A stretch of 64,000 bases of DNA, taken from an uncultured Ignavibacteria bacterium. Its GTDB lineage: Bacteria > Bacteroidota > Ignavibacteria > SZUA-365. Below the pieces are notes generated by a model. It had not been told where the DNA came from. It saw only the letters and a program-made list of their open reading frames with translations, and did not search any database. A program made the translations under genes and the position numbers. Shown here piece by piece: positions 57,587 to 64,000 of this stretch. The stretch spans positions 8,870 through 72,869 of the forward strand of contig CAJXVM010000015.1 of assembly GCA_913061095.1 (NCBI GenBank). The letters run 5' to 3'. Each line of letters starts with the position of its first letter. Position 1 is the first letter of the stretch.

Positions 57587-59250
57587 AACTCTCCGCTCAC
57601 CTTCGGTACCTTTTTGTCATGCTGCTGTGCAGCCTGCCGCTGCGGGATGCAGCGGCGCAGGTGAAAGAGGCTCCCCCCGTCACGCCGCGCACATGGATTC
57701 TGACGCTCGAGGGCGCGGCCACCAAATTGCTGGACGACTTTTCCGACACGCGTTTTTCCAACGGCGGCGGTTTCTCGCTGCGGCATCATCTCCGCGATCT
57801 CGGCCACGGCCGCGGCGCGCTGTACCTGCGCGGCGGAATCGGTTTCTACGATCTGCAGTGGAAAGCGGATGGCAGGATGGTACGGTATTTCGACACGGCG
57901 ACGGTCGGACTCAACGACGTCAACCGCAGCTTTGTCATGCCGTTTTTCGCTGAAGTGCTGTGGCGTGCGCACATCGGCACGGAGGCGGAGCTCTTTCTCG
58001 GGGGTGGCCTCGAACTGACGTATTATTCGCCGATGAACCGCAACGGGGACGGCCTGCCGAAACCGCAGAACGATTACGGCAAATGGACCGCCGGCATCCC
58101 GCTTACGGCCATGTTCGACTACATGCTCACGGATCATTTTTCGCTGACTTTCCACGCGACCCTCCATCCCACCTTCACCGATTATCTCGACGGATTCTCC
58201 GCCGGCGACTGGGCAGATTCCTACCTTACAGCCGGCATCGGGTTCACCTACGCCTTTCCCGAACCGGACCGCGATCGTGATTTTGACGGACTGCTCGACA
58301 GGGAGGAGCGGGATTTCTATCGCAGCGACCCGCACAATGACGATACGGACGGCGACGGACTGCGCGACGGCGATGAAGTTCGAATCGGCACCGCGCCGCT
58401 GTTTGCCGATACCGACGGTGACGGCATCCGCGATGGTGAGGAGGTGCACCACTACGGCAGTGATCCGCTGAAAAAGGATACGGATGACGACGGACTTTCG
58501 GACAGTGAGGAGGCGATACACGGCACCAGCCTGACACGAAGCGACAGCGACGGCGACGGCCTCAGCGACAGCGTCGAACTGGCGCATGGCACGGATCCAC
58601 AGCATGTCGATACCGACGGCGACGGCCTGCCAGACGGACTCGAGAATCGCTCAAGTCCGCTGATTCCCGATACCGACGGCGACGGCCTTTCGGATGCCGA
58701 GGAGTCGGCGTGGGGGCTGCGTGCCTTCGACGAGGACTTCGATGCGGACGGGCTTTTCGACCGGGCGGAGATCCACTACGGCACCGATCCGAAAAAGCCG
58801 GATACGGACAGTGACGGAGCGACGGACTACAGCGAGATCTTCGAGCTCATGACAGACCCGCGCAATCCCGACAGCGACGGCGACGGCACGCCTGACGGCA
58901 CGGATCCGACACCGGTCGATCGTTCCTCCTTCAATCCGGCGCAACGCATGACCTGGGCCTTTCTCGAGCTGTTTGTGCGCGAGAACGCGGTAGATGAGAG
59001 CTCGAAATCATTCATCCAGATGCTGCACCTGATACGCAGCGCGCCGCGCCAGCAGGTGTTCGAGATCGAGATCGAGATCTACGGCCGCGACATGGCCGAG
59101 GCGCGCAACCGGCGCAGCGAACTCGAAGATTTCCTGCGGAAAATGACGGGCAGCTGGGATGTTCCGCACATCACGCTGTTCGAAAGCGTGGAGAACACAT
59201 TTTACGATGCGCGTCTGCGGTACATCTGGAATAACGGTCTGTCGCGGTAA
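57583..59250 (+). CDS. outer-membrane protein with an N-terminal beta-barrel-like domain and 8–9 thrombospondin type-3 (Ca2+-binding) repeats
   Basis: Signal peptide. Repeated D-x-D-x-D-G-x-x-D blocks ([60 protein letters not shown]...). A C-terminal ~90 aa domain of unclear affinity. Confidence 0.7.
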   Translation: MKLSAHLRYLFVMLLCSLPLRDAAAQVKEAPPVTPRTWILTLEGAATKLLDDFSDTRFSNGGGFSLRHHLRDLGHGRGALYLRGGIGFYDLQWKADGRMVRYFDTATVGLNDVNRSFVMPFFAEVLWRAHIGTEAELFLGGGLELTYYSPMNRNGDGLPKPQNDYGKWTAGIPLTAMFDYMLTDHFSLTFHATLHPTFTDYLDGFSAGDWADSYLTAGIGFTYAFPEPDRDRDFDGLLDREERDFYRSDPHNDDTDGDGLRDGDEVRIGTAPLFADTDGDGIRDGEEVHHYGSDPLKKDTDDDGLSDSEEAIHGTSLTRSDSDGDGLSDSVELAHGTDPQHVDTDGDGLPDGLENRSSPLIPDTDGDGLSDAEESAWGLRAFDEDFDADGLFDRAEIHYGTDPKKPDTDSDGATDYSEIFELMTDPRNPDSDGDGTPDGTDPTPVDRSSFNPAQRMTWAFLELFVRENAVDESSKSFIQMLHLIRSAPRQQVFEIEIEIYGRDMAEARNRRSELEDFLRKMTGSWDVPHITLFESVENTFYDARLRYIWNNGLSR

Positions 59251-59348
59251 GCGCGCTGGGGAGGGAAGAAGGCCCTGCTGTCAGGGCGGGTGTGAGGGAT
59301 GCGGAGGTAGGTTGGGTGAAACGGGAAGGAACGCCCGGGGTGACAGGA

Positions 59349-61934
59349 TTATTTCGAATGCGGCATGGCATACTTGACGACGACGGCCGTGGCGTCGTCG
59401 CGGCGCTCGGTGCTGCCCGAGAATTCCGACATCGCCTCGAACAGCGCCTGGAGGATATCCTGCGCGCTGCCCCCGGCGTGCCGCGCAAACCGCTCGATCA
59501 ATCCGTCGAGCTCGAAAAGCTCTCCCTTCTCATTCATCGCTTCGGTGAAGCCGTCGGACACGAGCACGAACACATCTCCCGCGCGCACGAAAATCGTTTC
59601 CTCTTCGAGCGACTCCGCGAACGCGTGCCGGTCGAGACCGATGCCCAGTCCCCGCGGCTGATGCAGCGTGACCTCGCGGCTCAGCGCGTTGTAGTGAATC
59701 AGCGGGAGGTGTCCGGCGCGCAGAAATCCGACTTCGTTTTTCAGCAGATCCACGCGCAGGGCGGCCATGGTGAGGTAGCTCTGTTTTTCGACGTGATCGA
59801 AGATCTGTGTGTTCAGACGCACGAACATCTCCCAGAGCGATGGCTGATACGACTCGATGGTTTTGATGATGCCCTGAATGCGCGCGAGATACATCGCCGC
59901 CGACGTGCCCTTGCCTGAGACATCGCCCAGGATGAAGGTCGTGGAATCGTGCCGCGGGAGGAATTCATAGAAATCCCCTCCGACCTCATGCGCGGGGAGC
60001 GAGTGTGCGGCGACGTCGATGCCGGGAAGGTCCGGGATTTCGGACGGCAGCGAGGCCAGCTGAATACGGCGCGCGATTTCCAGTTCCTTCCGCATGCGTT
60101 CTTTCTCGCGCGCGCTTTCGTAATATCCCATCGTGGTCAGCGCGTCGGAGATGTTGATGGCGAGATTTTCGAGCAGTTCAATGTCTTCGCGCGTATAGTT
60201 CGTTTCCGCCTGCTTCTCGCCGAGCAGGAGCAGGGCTTCGAGATTGCCGCTGCTGCGAACGGCGGTGAGGAATTCCACGTCCTGCTCCCTGAATCGTTCG
60301 CGCAGGGGAAGATTGTCTGCAGCCGCCGTCACACTTCGTTCGAAGGTCGGCGCGAGCACGCGGATATCCTCCTCTCCGAGCACCATCGCATCGGAGTGTG
60401 TCCTTGCGCGATTGTCGGCGAGTGGGAGGAAGCGGCCGTTGCTGCGGCTGAGAAACGACGCGCTCTTCACGTGCATGATCGCGACGACATCGCGCACGAC
60501 TTCCTCCGCAAGGCTCAACCGGTCGGTGTGACGGTGGGAAAGTTCGCTGAAGGATTTCAGCGCCTGCTTGTAATCGTAAGTGCCGCGGTAGAAGCGTTCG
60601 TCGAGCAGTGCGCGTACGCGGCGATGCAGCCACCAGAGGGAGGCCAGCAGTCCCGCCCCGATCAGGAAAAACAGCCGTCTCTCGAATTCATCCTGCCGCT
60701 TCTCGCCGAGCGCGCGCAGCTGCATGATCTCCACCTGCTCGGTAGTGATGTTGACGACGGGAAGATCAAGCTTTTTCGAGGGGAGCAGGATGAGGAGCAC
60801 GAAAAAGATGATCACGACCGCGGCCGCGAGCGCAATGCTGAAAATCGTGTACAGGGATCCGCGGCGGACCACGATGTACAGATCGAAGATGCGCTGGCGG
60901 ATGACAGTCAGAAACAGCAGACCGGGAATGGCCGTCCCGGCGAAAAACACCATCTGCCAGGCACCGTACGAGGATATCGCCGCCGTTCCGCCGATGAAAA
61001 CGATCCCGAGCACGATGGCCGCGATCGTCAGCCGGTTCCGCTCCCGCCACGCGACGCTTTCCGCGTTTTTCAGATTCCGTGCGATGATGATCTGCACCGC
61101 CGTAATGACGGCAAAGAAAATCAGATACAGCCAGAACGCCCACAGATGCTGTATGCCCGAGAAGAAGAGGATCATGCGCATCAGCAGATAGGTGCCGAGC
61201 GGTGCGACCCAGATGAGGATGATATATGGCTGCGGCACCGGCTTGACAAAACGCGGAACGGGGAAGTAGAGAAACAGATGCATGAATGCCGACAGCGTGA
61301 CCGCCCACAAGGGGACGTTCAGCAGCGTCATCGCGACGGTCAGGCCGTCCGGATAATGGGCGAAGGAGATGTCCTTTGTGAGCAGCAGTACGGCACCCGC
61401 GAGCAGATGCGCCCACCCGAAGAGCCGCGCCACGGGATACTGCGGCCGGTTGAGGAATACGTACGCGCCGCTGAGGAGAAACGCGAGTGCCGTGAGTGCG
61501 AGCGCGATATAGAACAGGGGGAAGCCGAAGTCCGCCGTCACGACGCTGCGTGTCATTTCCTCGCCGTCGCGGAGGATGGTGTACTCAAGTGTCTCACCGC
61601 CCGATCCCTGAACGAGATAGTCGTTTGCGTCGAACTTGTTCTCGACCGGATTCCCGTTGATCGCGACGATGACATCACCAACCCTGAGCCCGGCACGATC
61701 GGATACACCGCCCTCTGTCACGGCGATGATCGTGACCTTTCCGTCAATGTCATCATAGAGATTCTCGTCGGTCGTGACCGAAGCGAAACGGTAGTTCCAC
61801 ACGGCGCTTACCGTGAGCACAAGCAGCAGTGCCGCAAAGAAGATGATGCGGGCAAGCTGGGGACGGGCGTTATAGAGTTGGAAACCTGTCATGCCAGTGA
61901 TCGAATCTGCGGCAGTATTCGGTGCGGCGGACAA
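59349..61934 (-). CDS. membrane-bound PP2C/SpoIIE-family serine phosphatase with an N-terminal PDZ domain, a 7-8 TM module and a GAF-like linker
   Basis: PDZ (AGLRVGDVIVAINGNPV). Multiple TM helices. C-terminal SpoIIE/PP2C blocks (GGDFYEF...ILGDVSGKG...LVSDGFTEA). Confidence 0.8.
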   Translation of the reverse strand: MSAAPNTAADSITGMTGFQLYNARPQLARIIFFAALLLVLTVSAVWNYRFASVTTDENLYDDIDGKVTIIAVTEGGVSDRAGLRVGDVIVAINGNPVENKFDANDYLVQGSGGETLEYTILRDGEEMTRSVVTADFGFPLFYIALALTALAFLLSGAYVFLNRPQYPVARLFGWAHLLAGAVLLLTKDISFAHYPDGLTVAMTLLNVPLWAVTLSAFMHLFLYFPVPRFVKPVPQPYIILIWVAPLGTYLLMRMILFFSGIQHLWAFWLYLIFFAVITAVQIIIARNLKNAESVAWRERNRLTIAAIVLGIVFIGGTAAISSYGAWQMVFFAGTAIPGLLFLTVIRQRIFDLYIVVRRGSLYTIFSIALAAAVVIIFFVLLILLPSKKLDLPVVNITTEQVEIMQLRALGEKRQDEFERRLFFLIGAGLLASLWWLHRRVRALLDERFYRGTYDYKQALKSFSELSHRHTDRLSLAEEVVRDVVAIMHVKSASFLSRSNGRFLPLADNRARTHSDAMVLGEEDIRVLAPTFERSVTAAADNLPLRERFREQDVEFLTAVRSSGNLEALLLLGEKQAETNYTREDIELLENLAINISDALTTMGYYESAREKERMRKELEIARRIQLASLPSEIPDLPGIDVAAHSLPAHEVGGDFYEFLPRHDSTTFILGDVSGKGTSAAMYLARIQGIIKTIESYQPSLWEMFVRLNTQIFDHVEKQSYLTMAALRVDLLKNEVGFLRAGHLPLIHYNALSREVTLHQPRGLGIGLDRHAFAESLEEETIFVRAGDVFVLVSDGFTEAMNEKGELFELDGLIERFARHAGGSAQDILQALFEAMSEFSGSTERRDDATAVVVKYAMPHSK

Positions 61935-61952
61935 TTTGTTGCATTGCCGGGA

Positions 61953-62945
61953 TCAGTACTGCTGCCGCAGGTGGCGGATGTATTCGTCCTCCATGCGGTG
62001 GAGTGCATCGATGGCATGATGATAACGACGGCGGTCACGCAATTCAAGCGCACGCTCGAATGCCTTTTTCGCTTCGCGGAAATCATGCTGGTACTGCAAG
62101 GTAAGCCCGAGATCATACCAGAGAATGTCCGACTCCGTGCCGGCGTCCTCCCCGTCAGGATGTTCCCTGTCGAGCAGTTCACGGATGACGTCGGTGGCCT
62201 GCGGCCACTGTCCCTGTTCCGCAAGCGCGACAACTCGCTCGAGTTCCGGCCACCGGTCATCGACGAGAAAGGTAACGACCTGGCGGTCCTCGTGTGGTTG
62301 AATCGCTTCAGCGAGTATCGATGCGAAACGCTGCGCCAGATCCCGCGCCGGGATGCTTGGGTCGAGTGCGGGCGGCTCTTCGTTGACCGCGCGCGATTCG
62401 TGCGTGCTCCGGAGCCGCAGCGTGTCCGCGAACGTCACCTCCCTGCGCTCGACGTCGATCAGCAGGATGCGGAACGTGCTGCTCGCCTTTCCTTCGCGTA
62501 CATACTTCGTTCCCCCTGGATCGCGGTTGCTGATGATCTCCGCCTGAAGCACGTCTTCATGGTATGTGCTTTCCATCACGGTGCATGAGAGAATGCAGCG
62601 CGCATCCACCCCGCGTGCGGCGTCTTCTGCCACCGACAGCGCGAGCGTCCCCCGCGGTGTGATAAGCGCGGCCGCGGGGTCGGCCGCGGCGGGAACGAAG
62701 GCTGCGTTTCCCTGCCCCGCGAGCATGGGCAGGAGCATTGCGTCGAGCTCGTCGCGCACGAGCAGACTCAGCGGATCGGTCCCACGCAGGATGTCGACGG
62801 GGAGCAGTGCGACGCGACCACAGCTGTGGATGTCGACGGAGGCCGGCCGCGTCACGGGGACGACAATCGTGCGTGTTCCGCAGGATGCCGTCAGCATCGC
62901 GGAGATGAACAGAAGGATAATTCTATGGAGGCCGAACGGCACCAT
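61953..62945 (-). CDS. hypothetical lipoprotein
   Basis: Signal + lipobox (ISAMLTASCG). No recognisable domains. Sits immediately upstream of the SpoIIE-family gene. Confidence 0.5.
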   Translation of the reverse strand: MVPFGLHRIILLFISAMLTASCGTRTIVVPVTRPASVDIHSCGRVALLPVDILRGTDPLSLLVRDELDAMLLPMLAGQGNAAFVPAAADPAAALITPRGTLALSVAEDAARGVDARCILSCTVMESTYHEDVLQAEIISNRDPGGTKYVREGKASSTFRILLIDVERREVTFADTLRLRSTHESRAVNEEPPALDPSIPARDLAQRFASILAEAIQPHEDRQVVTFLVDDRWPELERVVALAEQGQWPQATDVIRELLDREHPDGEDAGTESDILWYDLGLTLQYQHDFREAKKAFERALELRDRRRYHHAIDALHRMEDEYIRHLRQQY

Positions 62946-62955
62946 CGCGGATATC

Positions 62956-63402
62956 TCAGCGATCTGTCGCGAGAAATGCGGCGTACAGAATCACTGCGGC
63001 GAGCCCAATCACGAGAATGACACCCAGCAGTGTGAGCATGAACTGTCCCATCGTGGATGATCGCCCCGCGGGGGATGCGGAAGCCGTCTCCCAGTACGAC
63101 AGCGTTGTGTCAGCGGTGAAATGTCCGCCGCCTGCGGGGTACACGTCGGCGGTTCCGCGGATGCCGGAGAACGTCAGCCGCCACGCATCGCGATGGAACA
63201 GGAGTGTGCTGTTATCGTCCGTCGTGACATGGAGTCCGGGAATACCGTCCTGCGCCGCCATCCGATCGTTCTGCGCGGCGGGCGGCATCACCATCGGTTG
63301 TCCGGGGGATGACGGCTGAGCGGGCGCATGCGCCATGTACAGCTGCGGGGCGCAGCCGGAAAGCGCGGTGATCAGAACGAGGAGCAGAATGATGTGCCGC
63401 AT
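62956..63402 (-). CDS. hypothetical lipoprotein with a C-terminal TM helix
   Basis: The internal ATG gives MRHIILLLVLITALSGC (lipobox). A C-terminal hydrophobic helix LTLLGVILVIGLAAVILYAAFL. Confidence 0.45.
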   Translation of the reverse strand: MRHIILLLVLITALSGCAPQLYMAHAPAQPSSPGQPMVMPPAAQNDRMAAQDGIPGLHVTTDDNSTLLFHRDAWRLTFSGIRGTADVYPAGGGHFTADTTLSYWETASASPAGRSSTMGQFMLTLLGVILVIGLAAVILYAAFLATDR

Positions 63403-63461
63403 ACATGCATGTCGATGGTGAGAAGGTTGCCTGTGAAACAAAGTAGAAAATAGCCCTGTGG

Positions 63462-63494
63462 AAAAAAAGAAGGCAGTCAAATTCGACTGCCTTC
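63462..63494 (-). terminator. rho-independent terminator (GAAGGCAGTC-aaattc-GACTGCCTTC followed by a U7 tail on the minus strand) after the T9SS-CTD gene
   Basis: A perfect 10-bp stem adjacent to an A7 run on the plus strand. Confidence 0.6.
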
Positions 63495-63520
63495 AATCCT
63501 ATTCTGCAAAGGGTAAACGA

Positions 63521-64000
63521 TCAGCGCGTATACAGCATGCGTCGTGAAATCGTCTGCCTGTTCGTTGTCAGTTTGTACAGGTACACACCCGGCGGCACGC
63601 TGCGTCCGGCATTGTCGTGGCCGTCCCAGATGGCCGTGGACTTCCCGGCGGAACGCATTTCGCTGACCAGCGTGCGGACTTCCCTGCCCAGGAGGTTGTA
63701 CACCTTGAGCGTCACCGGCGAAGCGGACGGCAGGAAATAACTGATTTTCGTGGTCCCGCTGTTGCCTGCGGAAAAGGGATTCGGGTAATTCTGTTCAAGG
63801 GATATCGATCCGGCCGCGGGCGCCGAGCTGCGGGACGTCGTGCCCGCCGTGGCACAGAAGGTCAGCACCTGCTTCTCGCTGGTGTTGTCGAGATTGGTCA
63901 CGGTGACTTCGACACATCCCTTGCCCGGGTTTTCGTCGGTCATGAATGTGATGTCGAGCTCTTCGGAGCCGTTGGCTTCCAACTCGCCATCCACTTCCTG
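63521..64000 (-). CDS. C-terminal part of a secreted protein ending in a T9SS type-A sorting domain (the N-terminus lies beyond the window)
   Basis: LEQNYPNPFSAGNSGTTKISYFLPSASPVTLKVYNLLGREVRTLV...IWDGHDNAGRSVPPGVYLYKL matches the T9SS CTD consensus. Confidence 0.7.
   Translation of the reverse strand, partial: QEVDGELEANGSEELDITFMTDENPGKGCVEVTVTNLDNTSEKQVLTFCATAGTTSRSSAPAAGSISLEQNYPNPFSAGNSGTTKISYFLPSASPVTLKVYNLLGREVRTLVSEMRSAGKSTAIWDGHDNAGRSVPPGVYLYKLTTNRQTISRRMLYTR

Noticed and set aside
59949-62588. 879-aa ORF on the plus strand
   Set aside because: It lies antisense to the well-supported SpoIIE-family phosphatase and lipoprotein genes. Its composition is dominated by R/D/E/H/G with no motifs; a typical high-GC antisense open frame.

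Overview
This is a 64 kb, high-GC (about 65 %), gene-dense bacterial chromosomal segment with roughly 50 protein genes, many of them translationally coupled by 1–8 nt start/stop overlaps. Two proteins carry type IX secretion system (T9SS) C-terminal sorting domains, and several genes have Shine-Dalgarno-like sites (AAGGAG/GAGG), which points to a high-GC member of the Fibrobacteres-Chlorobi-Bacteroidetes (FCB) group. No rRNA, tRNA, CRISPR array or transposase was found. The content is mixed housekeeping and accessory: a UPF0182 membrane protein; two REC-PAS-HisKA-HATPase hybrid kinases plus two CheY-like regulators and an orphan PAS/GAF protein; a hsp20 <-> dnaJ-like-clpB heat-shock locus; copZ-copA; a P2-type cation ATPase; pstS coupled to an M28 peptidase; FtcD; alr; MscS; AbgT; LysE; an AI-2E transporter; GPx; and other genes. 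Most worth a second look: (1) a tightly overlapping larB-larE operon with no larC/larA, fused to a homocysteine-type thiol methyltransferase and an outer-membrane protein with thrombospondin-3 Ca-binding repeats; (2) a D-serine-dehydratase-like PLP enzyme coupled to an M19 dipeptidase, followed by an abruptly truncated OXA-type class D beta-lactamase remnant; (3) a sensor-only protein (regulator-propeller + Y_Y_Y + one TM) with no kinase output; (4) a YciH/SUI1 factor with an N-terminal SGGKQ[HR] tandem-repeat extension; (5) three short tandem-repeat arrays. Long ORFs opposite annotated genes are judged to be high-GC antisense artefacts. All calls come from reading the translations and sequence by eye; no database searches were run.
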